NCBI GenBank assembly: GCA_900320405.1
Contig: OOHM01000001.1
Span: forward strand, 203,191-267,190
Length of the DNA stretch: 64,000 bases
DNA from: an uncultured Pseudomonadota bacterium
GTDB taxonomy: Bacteria; Pseudomonadota; Alphaproteobacteria; Rs-D84
Reading direction: 5' to 3'
The stretch's first letter is position 1; each line of letters opens with the position of its first letter. Under the pieces are notes generated by a model. The model was not told the DNA's origin. It ran no database searches and worked only from the letters and a program-made list of their open reading frames with translations. This document shows positions 51,778 through 64,000 of this stretch, in pieces. A program made the position numbers and the translations under genes.

Positions 51778-51993
51778 ATGTTTTCAAATGGCAATATAAT
51801 AACAGAAAACCCAATACCGCAAACACTTATAACCGCGATGTACAATTATTATGCCAAAAACCAAATGACGATTGGCGAATTATATATGCTGTTGAAAATG
51901 ATAGTATCAAATTTAGAGGACGAATTGGCAACAATGGGTATGTTAGATACCACGGAACTTAATTCAAATTTGGTTGATCAAACAAAAAAGTAA
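51778..51993 (+). CDS. Small hypothetical protein (71 aa)
   Basis: SD AAGGGG before ATG; follows the structured RNA. Confidence 0.55.
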   Translation: MFSNGNIITENPIPQTLITAMYNYYAKNQMTIGELYMLLKMIVSNLEDELATMGMLDTTELNSNLVDQTKK

Positions 51994-52017
51994 AACGCCC
52001 CGTTTGGGGCGTTCATA

Positions 52018-53850
52018 TTATTTTTGAACAAAATGCACACTGTATTGCGGTTTTTTATCCGCACCCAACGACGCGCGCACAACTTTGTTCGCGGCACTTT
52101 GCACCGCCCGAACCAGGTTGTCTTGCGATTTCCGTTCGGCCTTGGACAATGCGTCAATTGCCTTGGTAATTTCAATTTGAATTTGCCGTTTCATAAATCC
52201 GGTTGTATCAGATTCGAAAATACCGGCACTGGAAACCTCGGGCGTGCCCTTTAAGAAACCGCGTTTATCAACCGGCAATGTCACGAATATCGCGCCGTTT
52301 GATGCGATTTTTTTACGGTTTTTATAAACCTGGTCATTGGCACTGCGTTCGGTTTCGCCCTCCATAACAACGAATCCGGTTTCAATTGTTTCGCAAACAT
52401 ATGGTTCCGTGCCATCGGCCAAGGCGACCATTTCACCATTGCGTACCAACATCATATGTTTTGCACCACCGCGTTCCATTGCCATTTTCCCGTTCAGCAT
52501 TTCGTTTATATAATCGCCATGCATAGGAATAGAAACCTGGGGATGAACCATATCATAGAACCGTTCGAATTCGGGTCGTCCGGCATGACCACTGGCGTGG
52601 ACATGGTCGGTGTCATAAATTGTGTGCGTGCGAATACCCATACGCGCCAATTTGTTATACAGGAACGACACATCTTGTTCGCGCCCCGGAATAATAATGG
52701 AACTGAATACCACCGTATCGGTCGGCATTAATTTCATTTCTTTAACCTGGCCACGACACAGACGCGTCAACATCGCGAACTTTTCCCCCTGGGACCCGGT
52801 CAGGAATATTGCCTGCTTTTCCGCCGGCAAATCTTTGATTTCCGAATGCAGGTAAACATCGTCTTCATTCAAATATTTGAATTCGATTCCCATTTCACGG
52901 AATTCCGGTAACCCGACATACGGCACCGGACTTGGGTTGCTGCGTTCTTTGATTGCGGCAACGCGTCCCGCGGCGTGTGCGGCATCTGCAAACATTTTCA
53001 TACGGGCAAGGCTTCGTGAATAACCGGTGACAATAACGCGTCCCGGGGCGTTTTTCATAATTTCCGTCAAAGTATCACGAACCTGAATTTCGGTTGTTTG
53101 AACGGTTTGGCGTGCGGACGAAGTCGAATCACACGCACACGCCAACAATTTCGGGTCTGAACCAATTTCCCGCAAACGCGCATAGTCTGTACCGGGTTCA
53201 ATCGGGTTATCATCATTAAATGTCCAATCGCCGGTGTGCAGAATTTTTCCTGCGCCGGTCTTGATAATCAACATTTGTGCCTCGGGAACCGAGTGACTTA
53301 CGTGGAAAGTTTCGACGGTAAACGGTTTCAAATCCAGTGTTGCGCCCGCGGCATCAAATTCCACAATATCTTTCTTTGGGTCAAAATCTAATTCGATTCC
53401 ACGGAATGTTTTACGCAAAATTTCCGCCGGGAATCGTGTGCAGTAAATCGGCTTGCGGAACTTTGGCCAAATGTATTTCAATGCGCCGATATGGTCTTCG
53501 TGACCGTGGGTCACAACAAATGCGACAACATCTTTTTTGCGTTTTTCCAACCAAGTTGTGTCACAGTATTGAACATCACCGGCACCGATTTCTTCTTCCA
53601 GAAATCCCATACCGCAATCAACGACCAAGAATTTGCCGCGGTATTTATACAGGTACATATTTTGGCCCACGTGTTCCAAACCACCCAACGCCATAAAATA
53701 TACCTTGTTATCATTTTCATCCGATTCCGGATTGATATGTTTTTTATTAGATTTTTCTGTGGATACATGTACAGACAAATCTTCGTCCATATCTGTATCA
53801 ATATCGTCGACCACCACTTCGGGTTCGACGTGTTTGTGTAATTTCACCAT
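52018..53850 (-). CDS. rnj: Ribonuclease J
   Basis: LGGL..VG.N, THGHEDHIG, HTGD, TGSQGE, HASGH, PMHG. Confidence 0.95.
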   Translation of the reverse strand: MVKLHKHVEPEVVVDDIDTDMDEDLSVHVSTEKSNKKHINPESDENDNKVYFMALGGLEHVGQNMYLYKYRGKFLVVDCGMGFLEEEIGAGDVQYCDTTWLEKRKKDVVAFVVTHGHEDHIGALKYIWPKFRKPIYCTRFPAEILRKTFRGIELDFDPKKDIVEFDAAGATLDLKPFTVETFHVSHSVPEAQMLIIKTGAGKILHTGDWTFNDDNPIEPGTDYARLREIGSDPKLLACACDSTSSARQTVQTTEIQVRDTLTEIMKNAPGRVIVTGYSRSLARMKMFADAAHAAGRVAAIKERSNPSPVPYVGLPEFREMGIEFKYLNEDDVYLHSEIKDLPAEKQAIFLTGSQGEKFAMLTRLCRGQVKEMKLMPTDTVVFSSIIIPGREQDVSFLYNKLARMGIRTHTIYDTDHVHASGHAGRPEFERFYDMVHPQVSIPMHGDYINEMLNGKMAMERGGAKHMMLVRNGEMVALADGTEPYVCETIETGFVVMEGETERSANDQVYKNRKKIASNGAIFVTLPVDKRGFLKGTPEVSSAGIFESDTTGFMKRQIQIEITKAIDALSKAERKSQDNLVRAVQSAANKVVRASLGADKKPQYSVHFVQK

Positions 53851-54061
53851 TTATAATCCTTTTTTAATATTTAACATTTCCGCAATCACGCGAATCCATT
53901 GCGAATAGGGCACATTGCCATATTAGTAGTGAATCTGTGATTGCGGGGCTTGCGCGGTGCATACCAACCGCACCACGCGACAAATAATACACGGTTTTTA
54001 TTAAAAACACAAGAAAAATAGAAAACGGCGCATTGCGCGCCGTTTCAACAACCCCTAACAA

Positions 54062-55309
54062 CTATCTTTGTTTTGCAAATGAATAATTCATTTTCAGGTG
54101 GTTTGCATCGTATGTTTTATTCATAATGCCGATTGTATCTTCCACAATAACGATTTCTTCATTTGTTGGAATCATAAATATTTTAACGCGACTGTCGGGT
54201 GTGGAAATTTCGCATTCGCCGGCATCCAGGCGTGCCAACGCCTTTTTGTTTTTCTCGACATCCAATTTAATGCCCAATTCTTCCAATCCAGAACAGAATT
54301 GTTCACGCAGGTAATCGTCGTTTTCGCCAACGCCCGCCGTAAATACCAACGCATCGGTATGACCCAATTCCGCCATAAACGCGCCAATGTATTTTTTAAC
54401 GGTATGAACTTCCATTTCCAATGCCAATTTGCAATCTGGATTGATTTCGCGGTTGCTTTCAACATCGCGGCGGTCCGCAAAGCACTTTGTAATCCCAAGG
54501 TGCCCCGAATCTTTGTTCAAATGTTTGGTCATTTGTTCCGGCGAAAGTTTCAATTTCTCCATAACATACAGCAACGCACCCGCATCAACATCGCCCGGAC
54601 GTGTTCCCATCATCAATCCCGCGGTTGGCGTCATACCCAATGTTGTATCAACCGCAACGCCTTTTTTGATTGCAACGCCCGATGCACCCGAACCGATGTG
54701 CATAGTAATCAAATTGCATTCAGATGCCGGTTTGCCCAACATTGCAGCCGCACGTTTGGAAACATACAGGTGGCTTGTTCCGTGGAAACCATAACGACGC
54801 ACGCCCAATTCGCGATACCACGCGTCCGGCACCGCATATCGATATGATGCCTCTGGCATGGTTTGTAAAAATGCGGTATCAAATACGGCAACCTGGGTCG
54901 CATTTGGCAACATTTGGCGCGCACTTTCAATCCCCATCAGTGATGCCGGAATATGCAACGGCATCAAATCGCGCCAGTTTTGAATTTCACGCATAACTTC
55001 GTCGTTAATTTCAACGGAAGACGCAAATTTAGAACCGCCCATAACCACGCGGTGTCCAACACCGCGAATTTCGTTCATATCAACCGATGCATCGCGCAAC
55101 ATATTCATAACAACGCCCAACGCCTCGTTATGATTTTTCATTTCGGTTTCTTTTTTCTGTTTTGTCCCATCGGGATATTTTTGTGTGATAAAAGAATCTG
55201 GCGAACCAATTTTTTCGACATTACCGCCGACAACTTGTTTTTTAGAATCCGCATCAAAGATTTGATATTTCAAACTGGATGAACCACAGTTCAACGCCAT
55301 AATATACAT
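54062..55309 (-). CDS. ackA: Acetate kinase
   Basis: LNCGSSSLKY, GHRVV.GG, VFDTAF, RRYGFHGTSH, FTAGVGEN, PTNEE. Confidence 0.97.
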   Translation of the reverse strand: MYIMALNCGSSSLKYQIFDADSKKQVVGGNVEKIGSPDSFITQKYPDGTKQKKETEMKNHNEALGVVMNMLRDASVDMNEIRGVGHRVVMGGSKFASSVEINDEVMREIQNWRDLMPLHIPASLMGIESARQMLPNATQVAVFDTAFLQTMPEASYRYAVPDAWYRELGVRRYGFHGTSHLYVSKRAAAMLGKPASECNLITMHIGSGASGVAIKKGVAVDTTLGMTPTAGLMMGTRPGDVDAGALLYVMEKLKLSPEQMTKHLNKDSGHLGITKCFADRRDVESNREINPDCKLALEMEVHTVKKYIGAFMAELGHTDALVFTAGVGENDDYLREQFCSGLEELGIKLDVEKNKKALARLDAGECEISTPDSRVKIFMIPTNEEIVIVEDTIGIMNKTYDANHLKMNYSFAKQR

Positions 55310-55404
55310 ATTCTTTCCTTTTGGTTGAGAAATTATTACGCGGGAATCTTAGCACCCAGTCTGTGCGATTTCAACACAAAAAATCCCCCAATTGGGGGAT
55401 TAAA

Positions 55405-57885
55405 TTACGCAGCATGATAATCACCGCGGAATTTGTTGTATAGATTCATGGCCTTGGGATTAAGACGCGCTTGATTCTTTTTTGCAGATGCAAAGCGGCG
55501 TGTGTAAAGTGGACCAGTATGTGAATCGCGCCCGGTTTCCAGAAAATCCCAATATGCCATAAGTTCCTCATAAACATTTTTATGTTCATCGTCCCAACTG
55601 TTAATTTTCTTTTCGTCTTTCTTAATTGTTTCATCCAATGCCTGGATTTCTGCGGTTGCCTTTTTATATTTATTTATGGCTTCTTGGCGTGAATAAATAG
55701 AATCGTTCGTCTTGTTAAGTGTTAATAGGTGTCGGTTATATGTTGGATCGTTGCTAAGATCATCTATTTTGTCTTGGATTTTATTTCCAAGTGTTGATAT
55801 ATCAAAAGATGAACCGCGCGTAAATCCGAGTTTTGTTAATTCGTCTTCATATTTTTCTAATTGTGCCAAGATATCCGCCTGGTTTGCAGACAGCTTTTTT
55901 GAAATCTCGGGATCCTTGGTTATGGATTTTTGCCAATCCAGATAACCAATGTGTTCCACCATATCAAGCATTTCATTATATGTTTCCAGTTCAGCATTGA
56001 TTGGTGCGACTTTGGATTCCAACACGTTTTTCAAATCAATGCGCTTTTCTAAATATTTTTCTTCTATATCCAGGTCGTTATCATTTCTAATTCCGGTTGC
56101 ATCGCGTTTTGCAATTTGGTTTGTGCGGGTGGCTTCGGTATTGGCCTTGCGCTGTTCAATTTCTGCTTTTGCGGCCACATGATCTGCATCCCATCTATCA
56201 CTTGCCTGTTTCATACGTTGACCGGTTGCATCCTTTTTATTGTCCATAAATTTTTGATTAAATTTACTGCCCAGTTTTCTTGCATTGTTCCATATGAATG
56301 TTGCGCCATATCCGGCCCCGATAAAGGCGGCACGAATTGTTTTGTCAATTGCGGTTGTTACGAATTTAACGCCTTCGTTTTTATTCCAAGACAAATCTTT
56401 ATTAGACATTAGGCTAAATAAATCTTTATCGCCTTTGATTGCATCCATAACATTACTGGTTGTATTGCCATATTTAATAACAGATAACACTTCCAATGCA
56501 ATCTTGGCTTTGGCAGTTACCTTTGGGTCATCCGCTTCTGCGGCAATAATGATTATTTCTTTCACCAGGCTTTTCATTTGACGACCGCTTTTTAATGCGC
56601 CTTCAAATGCTTTTGACATTTTGGAATCAGATTGTAATTCTTTCAATGTTGAAATAAACCATTCAAACGCACCACGCGCGTTGACGTTATCTTGCAATGA
56701 TTTTTGTATATTCTTTTCATTTTCAATAATTTTTGCCAAACCATCGGTTGGTTTAATTTTGGCTTTATCCAGTGCCTTGCATATATCGCCGGATGATGCA
56801 TCCATAAATATTCTGTCGCCCTTAAATTTGGAATATTTGTCAAAATACCCCTCGTATGTATTAGATGCCCATTTTCTAATTTGTTGCGGCAATGTTAATT
56901 CTTCCTCGCGTTTTTTGGATACAAAATCCTTGGATTCAGGATTTGCATAGTCCATATCTGTTTTTGTTTTTTCTATCGCCGCAGATACTTGTTTATCACT
57001 GCCTTCATACTGTTTAAATGCATCAAAAACTTTTTGTTCGCTATACAGTTCTTTAAATATAGCGGAATACTTTAATTTGAATTTATCTTTTGCGGTGTTG
57101 CTAATATGTGATTCTGTCCAGGCGCCATAATCGTCCGCAATGCGATTGTTTGACACAGATTTTACCAAATGTTGCAAAGTATTTTTCTTGGCTACATCTG
57201 TTTCTTTATCGATAATATTTTTTAATAATTTATCAACACGTTCTTTGATCGCATCGTTACCATAGTTTGTAAATGATTCAGCAACATTTTTCAACGTAGA
57301 TTGAAATTCGTCGTTCTTGTTGTAATCTTCTTTTTCCGCCTTTTGTATAAAGTTTTCCAGCGAACCATTTAATACAGAACGCAAAATTACCTGTAATTCA
57401 CCGCCCGATGTTGGATAATCTTTTGTAATTGTTTTCAATAATTTAACCAAATTATCAATGGATGTTTTGGTGGTTGGACGTGCTATACGACTGGAATTTT
57501 TATCTGAAAATGTATCATAAAAGTTATTTATAAAGTTATACACTTTGGCATTGTCGATATAGGCATCCCTATTTTTCTTTAGCCCATCAAATGCCGTTTG
57601 ACATGCCAAATATAATTGTTCTAAATCTTCATCCGGTACATCGTCAATGTTTGGGTAATCCTGAATTTTAAAGAAACCATCTGGCGCGGGCTGGCGTAAA
57701 TATTTGGTGGGATTTATTGGGTCTTTTTCTAAATAACCGGCCCATTTTTTCATATTGTCGGTCATATTATTTTTTGACACAAAATCCTCGAACCGGACCC
57801 AACGTTCATAATCATTGTCCTGCATATCGTGCAAGCGAAGTATGTTGAAAAATTTTTTCAAAAAATCTTTACCGTTAACTGCCAT
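55405..57885 (-). CDS. Large AT-rich helical/coiled-coil hypothetical protein
   Basis: ~826-aa ORF, Lys/Asp/Glu rich, one hydrophobic segment; start uncertain (57885 or 57915). Confidence 0.8.
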   Translation of the reverse strand: MAVNGKDFLKKFFNILRLHDMQDNDYERWVRFEDFVSKNNMTDNMKKWAGYLEKDPINPTKYLRQPAPDGFFKIQDYPNIDDVPDEDLEQLYLACQTAFDGLKKNRDAYIDNAKVYNFINNFYDTFSDKNSSRIARPTTKTSIDNLVKLLKTITKDYPTSGGELQVILRSVLNGSLENFIQKAEKEDYNKNDEFQSTLKNVAESFTNYGNDAIKERVDKLLKNIIDKETDVAKKNTLQHLVKSVSNNRIADDYGAWTESHISNTAKDKFKLKYSAIFKELYSEQKVFDAFKQYEGSDKQVSAAIEKTKTDMDYANPESKDFVSKKREEELTLPQQIRKWASNTYEGYFDKYSKFKGDRIFMDASSGDICKALDKAKIKPTDGLAKIIENEKNIQKSLQDNVNARGAFEWFISTLKELQSDSKMSKAFEGALKSGRQMKSLVKEIIIIAAEADDPKVTAKAKIALEVLSVIKYGNTTSNVMDAIKGDKDLFSLMSNKDLSWNKNEGVKFVTTAIDKTIRAAFIGAGYGATFIWNNARKLGSKFNQKFMDNKKDATGQRMKQASDRWDADHVAAKAEIEQRKANTEATRTNQIAKRDATGIRNDNDLDIEEKYLEKRIDLKNVLESKVAPINAELETYNEMLDMVEHIGYLDWQKSITKDPEISKKLSANQADILAQLEKYEDELTKLGFTRGSSFDISTLGNKIQDKIDDLSNDPTYNRHLLTLNKTNDSIYSRQEAINKYKKATAEIQALDETIKKDEKKINSWDDEHKNVYEELMAYWDFLETGRDSHTGPLYTRRFASAKKNQARLNPKAMNLYNKFRGDYHAA

Positions 57886-58030
57886 ATGCACCACCTTTGG
57901 TTCTGCGCCATTCACACACCATTATAGTACAAAATCGACCAAATTTCAAGATACGCATGATGTTTTTGTCAATGTTTATTAAGACTTCTTTCCAATGGTT
58001 TGGGTGTGGCAATATGGCATAATTTATATC

Positions 58031-58708
58031 ATGTGGATAAAAATTCGTGATTTTTTACTGCGCAGTCTGCCATATCTTATATCGATTGCCGGTGGGGTGC
58101 TGTTGTTTACTGTATCTTTGGATAATGTTCATGACCCGGCGGTTGAAGGATTGATTAGTAATATTTCTGCATCATTATTGGCGATACCGTTGGTATTCTT
58201 GCTGTACGATTACACAACAACCCGTGTGTCGCGGCGATTACAGAAAAGTCTGGCCAATGGGGTTAATGACAAAATAAATACGATAATTTTGCACTTTGTG
58301 TTTGTTTTAATGAAAATTATGGGTATGCGCAGACAGATTACACGCGCGAATATTGCCGAAATTCGCAATGTTCCAGAATCGCAAATAACCAAAAAAATGC
58401 ACCTGAGGGCAGAATATACGAACGCAATTCATCAATATTATCAAGAATTGGAAGGTCTGGTTTTGGGATATGGCAGACAAAATATTATTGCGCCCGACCA
58501 ATTACAATTATTGACGGAATTGACGCGTGATATGGCGCGCATGGTCGTTGCGCACAGATTGGGCGGGCATCGTCGAATAATTGCCGGATATATCAAAGAT
58601 ATCGCCGGTGAAATCACTGATTGGTTAAATTCCAATACTGATGTAACCAAAAATTTTGATGTCATTTTGAACAATGCGATTGCACCAGAAAAACAGGCGA
58701 AAAAATGA
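58031..58708 (+). CDS. Hypothetical membrane protein (2 N-terminal TMs)
   Basis: ORF with two hydrophobic helices. Confidence 0.75.
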   Translation: MWIKIRDFLLRSLPYLISIAGGVLLFTVSLDNVHDPAVEGLISNISASLLAIPLVFLLYDYTTTRVSRRLQKSLANGVNDKINTIILHFVFVLMKIMGMRRQITRANIAEIRNVPESQITKKMHLRAEYTNAIHQYYQELEGLVLGYGRQNIIAPDQLQLLTELTRDMARMVVAHRLGGHRRIIAGYIKDIAGEITDWLNSNTDVTKNFDVILNNAIAPEKQAKK

Positions 58709-58736
58709 AAACCGACACAAGGTCGGTTTTAATTTT

Positions 58737-58906
58737 TGGTGGGGCCACAGGGATTGCACATCCCAACACTGCGTGTTGGGACCCTTCCACTCGTATGGTT
58801 CAAACTGCGCAGATGCTTGTTTTCACCAACTATCGTGTCGAACCCACGGGCTCTCGTCTTGTTTCCCCGGGGCAAAAATAAAAACCGCATAAGCGGTTTT
58901 GATTTT
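58737..58906 (-). repeat. tRNA-Lys 3'-end duplication element
   Basis: TCCCTGTGGCCCCACCA repeated 170 bp downstream of the tRNA, each copy followed by a terminator. Confidence 0.85.
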
Positions 58907-58982
58907 TGGTGGGGCCACAGGGACTCGAACCCTGGACCCAATGATTAAAAGTCATTTGCTCTACCAACTGAGCTATAGCCCC
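58907..58982 (-). tRNA. tRNA-Lys(TTT)
   Basis: Cloverleaf, anticodon loop CTTTTAA, encoded CCA. Confidence 0.97.
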
Positions 58983-59063
58983 AGAACTTTCTGTCTTTTT
59001 CCAGCAGTTCGGGGCAAATTATGACACAGTTTTATAAAAAATCAAGAAAAAATCACAAAAATA

Positions 59064-60878
59064 CTAATTTTTATTTTTTGTGTTATTTTTTCCTTTGAAT
59101 TGGATATCACGCAACTTTTTATATTCCCCGTCCAATGCGACCAATTCCGCATCAGTTCCCTGTTCGATGATATGACCGTTTTTAATAACACAGATTATAT
59201 CGGCATCCAATATAGTAGACAAACGGTGCGCAATAACAAATGTTGTACGCCCACGCATCAAATCTTTTAATGCAGATTGAATCAATTTCTCGCTTTCGGT
59301 GTCCAATGCACTTGTAGCTTCGTCCAACAACAGAATAGGGGCGTTTTTCAAAATCGCGCGCGCGATTGCAATGCGTTGTTTTTGCCCGCCCGACAGCAAT
59401 GCGCCACCTTCACCGACCCGCGATTCATATCCGTGCGGAAATTCCATAATAAAATCGTGCGCGTTTGCGGCCGTCGCGGCGGCAACTACTTCATCATGTG
59501 TTGCATTTGGTGCGCCATACTTAATGTTCGCCTCAATCGTGTCGTTGAACAGAAACACATCTTGTGATACTTCGGAAATGTTACGACGCAAAGAATCCAA
59601 TGTATATTTCCGTATGTCGCGCCCATTTATCGCGATTGTGCCCGTTTGCGGTTCATAAAATCGTTCCAACAGGTTAAACATAGTTGTTTTTCCACCACCA
59701 CTGGGGCCGACCAGGGCGCAAACCTGACCCGCCGGTACACGCAGATTTATGTCGTGCAATACGGGTTCTTCGGGAACATATGCAAAGTTCACATCGCGAA
59801 ATTCTATTGAAGGTTGCACCGCGTGCAATTCTGTCGCGTCACGCGCATCACGAATCGTTGGTTTGGTGTCCAAGAAATCAAATAACACTTCGGCCGCAAG
59901 CAACCCGTGCTGAACCGTGTCACCGACGCCGGTAATCGCCTTGGCCGGTTTGTACGCCGCGGTCAACGCCAACAGAAACGCCGTAAAATCACCGGTTGTG
60001 ATTGCGCCACTGACAATAAAATGTCCCCCCAGAATCATTGCCACACACAACCCAATCGATATAACCAATTCCATCAATGGCGAACGCAGACCGTTTGCCT
60101 GGGTGCTTTTGTACGAATTCACAATTGCATCATTTACAACGTGTTCAAACCGTTTAATCTCGGTCTTTTGGGTGGCGAACGCCTGAATGGTTTTCATTCC
60201 GCGCAGGGTCTGGTTCAATTGTTGTGAAACATTATTTGCAATGCCGAACGATTGTCGTGACAATTTCCGGCGTTTGCGCATAATAAGAATCATTGGTATC
60301 ATCAGTGCCGGCACCAAAAACACCAATATCGCGCACAACTGCGGGGCATAGTACACCATTAAACCCAATGTAATCGCCAAAGTCGCAATTTGCTGAACCG
60401 TTCGAACAATCGTTCCCGTGACCAGGTTAAGAACCGCACCCGCCTGGACCCCAAAATAGTTAAGATATTTTCCAATACCGTCACCATAAAAACTGGCCAC
60501 ATCCATATGCATCATATGCGAATAAATTCGCTTTTGCAGATGTGCCGACGCGGTTAATCCCGCCTTGGCCATAAGCAACGAACGCGCATATCCAAATGCG
60601 CCCTTTAATCCGAACGCCAATATAATCAGCATCCCGATTATATATGTAGAACCCATATTTTTTTCAATAAACGCCTGGTCAACGACGCGTTGAACCAGTG
60701 TAATAGTATAACCTTCGGCCGCCGCGGCACAGATTGTCGCGATGATACCGGCGGTCAACCATTTCCATTGGGGTTTGCCGATTTCGCGCCATATGCGACC
60801 GTATAACGACCATTTAATGCGTGCGTTTGACGCATCGCCGTGAATAAATTTTTTAACTGCGTTTATAATTTTCTTCAT
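59064..60878 (-). CDS. msbA: MsbA-like ABC transporter (permease + ATPase)
   Basis: GPSGGGKT, LSGGQKQR, LLDEATSALD, IAHRLST; TM domain. Confidence 0.85.
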   Translation of the reverse strand: MKKIINAVKKFIHGDASNARIKWSLYGRIWREIGKPQWKWLTAGIIATICAAAAEGYTITLVQRVVDQAFIEKNMGSTYIIGMLIILAFGLKGAFGYARSLLMAKAGLTASAHLQKRIYSHMMHMDVASFYGDGIGKYLNYFGVQAGAVLNLVTGTIVRTVQQIATLAITLGLMVYYAPQLCAILVFLVPALMIPMILIMRKRRKLSRQSFGIANNVSQQLNQTLRGMKTIQAFATQKTEIKRFEHVVNDAIVNSYKSTQANGLRSPLMELVISIGLCVAMILGGHFIVSGAITTGDFTAFLLALTAAYKPAKAITGVGDTVQHGLLAAEVLFDFLDTKPTIRDARDATELHAVQPSIEFRDVNFAYVPEEPVLHDINLRVPAGQVCALVGPSGGGKTTMFNLLERFYEPQTGTIAINGRDIRKYTLDSLRRNISEVSQDVFLFNDTIEANIKYGAPNATHDEVVAAATAANAHDFIMEFPHGYESRVGEGGALLSGGQKQRIAIARAILKNAPILLLDEATSALDTESEKLIQSALKDLMRGRTTFVIAHRLSTILDADIICVIKNGHIIEQGTDAELVALDGEYKKLRDIQFKGKNNTKNKN

Positions 60879-60976
60879 AGTGCACCAATTATAGAAATTC
60901 CCATCCCGTGTGTAAAGATATATTTTTTGATTGACTTTCGGAACAAAAACACATAAAATACGCGTCGCAGAGTTCT

Positions 60977-61053
60977 GGGGTTGTAGCTCAGTTGATTAGA
61001 GCGCCTGATTTGCATTCAGGAGGTCGTGGGTTTGAGTCCCATCAGCTCCACCA
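60977..61053 (+). tRNA. tRNA-Ala(TGC)
   Basis: Cloverleaf, G3:U70, anticodon loop TTTGCAT, encoded CCA. Confidence 0.95.
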
Positions 61054-61183
61054 CCAATTTTCGTTATCGCGCGCATTGCGCACGATTAAGAAAATTGAGT
61101 GTCTCGCCGTAGCGCAAGCGAAGGCGGACCAGGTAAGAGATAAGTTTATAAGTTATAAAATCGCCAAAGGGGGTGAAAGGTTT

Positions 61184-61390
61184 ATGGTCAAAGTTCTGGT
61201 ACGTGATAACAACGTCGAACAGGCATTGCGTGTTGCAAAACGCAAGTCCCAAAAAGAAGGACTGTATCGTGAAATGAAAGAACGCCAGCGTTATGAAAAA
61301 CCAACAACAAAACGCAAACGTTTGAAAGAAGAAGCCGTTCGTAACGAAAAGAAACGTCAATCAAAACAAAGAATGGTTTTCGGATTCTAA
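61184..61390 (+). CDS. rpsU: 30S ribosomal protein S21
   Basis: [16 protein letters not shown]...EG..RE.K.R..YEKP. Confidence 0.96.
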   Translation: MVKVLVRDNNVEQALRVAKRKSQKEGLYREMKERQRYEKPTTKRKRLKEEAVRNEKKRQSKQRMVFGF

Positions 61391-61509
61391 TTAAAAAACG
61401 CCCGTCGGGGCGTTTTTTGTTAGGTATTTGTTCGCATTGTGTGCGTATGTTCCGTGATGTATAATGGTATCGTCAATTATGACAAAACCAACAAAATGGG
61501 AGAAACAAA

Positions 61510-61713
61510 ATGAAAGGATTGACAGATTACGTTCTTGCACCATTAACATTTATTGGCGCAATCAATTGGGGATTGGTCGGCATATTCGGCTTTGATTTGG
61601 TCGCATGGCTGTTTGGTCCCGCCACGATGGTATCTAATATCGTTTATGCAATCATCGGTGTTGCCGCGGTTGTATGGTTGATATTGATGTTCATTGAAAG
61701 ACCGACGCGTTAA
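61510..61713 (+). CDS. DUF378 family small membrane protein
   Basis: IGAINWGLVG.F.FDLV..LFG......IVY..IG. Confidence 0.9.
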   Translation: MKGLTDYVLAPLTFIGAINWGLVGIFGFDLVAWLFGPATMVSNIVYAIIGVAAVVWLILMFIERPTR

Positions 61714-61822
61714 AGTTCGGGAATCAATGGAAAAAGATTTTTTGCGACCGTTATTTTCCGCCGGTTCGCCGGCGGGTTATTTTTTTGTTGAATTGTTGTT
61801 CATATTTGATAAAAATAATTCT

Positions 61823-62051
61823 GAATTCAATGGGAATTGAATTCGGGGCTGTGAGAGGCCTTTACAAACCCGGTGCAGGGCATCGTAATCCATCAAGATT
61901 CTTCGTATGTTTTGCATCGCGATAATTCCCCCGACATATTGTCGTCGGGGTGCCGGTGGTTATACAACAGGTTTATCCGAAAACCACCGGAATCACAGGT
62001 TTGTATGATTTCTCAACACCCCGACCGTCAATTTCTGTTGGCGGTTTTTTT
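61823..62051 (+). ncRNA. Unannotated structured RNA, copy 2
   Basis: Homologous to 29404..29612; TGnTAAAAA-type promoter and terminator; no downstream same-strand gene. Confidence 0.75.
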
Positions 62052-62110
62052 ATGGTCGATGGTATCCCCATAAATCTCCACCGACCACCTTTTTTTGTTA
62101 TGATTAATTT

Positions 62111-64000
<1,890 letters not shown>

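Overview
64 kb of an AT-rich, gene-dense Gram-negative bacterial chromosome. Gene order (frr-uppS-cdsA-rseP-bamA, lepB-rnc) and the VirB7/VirB8-like genes suggest a reduced, host-associated alphaproteobacterium; this taxonomy is inferred, not checked. Most of the window is housekeeping (dnaB, bamA/D, murJ, era, queA/tgt, guaC, lysS, rnj, ackA, msbA, rpsU, PBP1A, 3' end of ligA) plus five tRNAs. Main observations: (1) three unannotated ~185-230 nt promoter- and terminator-bounded structured RNAs (29.4, 51.6, 61.8 kb) with the same fold, two of them clear homologues with many compensatory base changes; (2) a T7/BPP-1-like podophage module (tail protein, terminase, portal, Bbp19-like, holin-like) at 0-7.5 kb whose large terminase is split into ATPase and nuclease genes around an opposite-strand dnaB/repressor block, suggesting a domesticated GTA-like system; (3) a DUF559 nuclease element with ~50-bp inverted ends inserted in frame in queA; (4) tRNA-3'-end repeat elements behind three tRNAs, and a small hairpin nested in several different repeats; (5) a secreted paralogue pair with constant ends and variable middles, a GH24 lysozyme-TPR fusion, an alarmone-synthetase-like protein, and many apparently leaderless genes. 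All calls were made by eye from sequence and motif recall; no database searches or folding programs were run.
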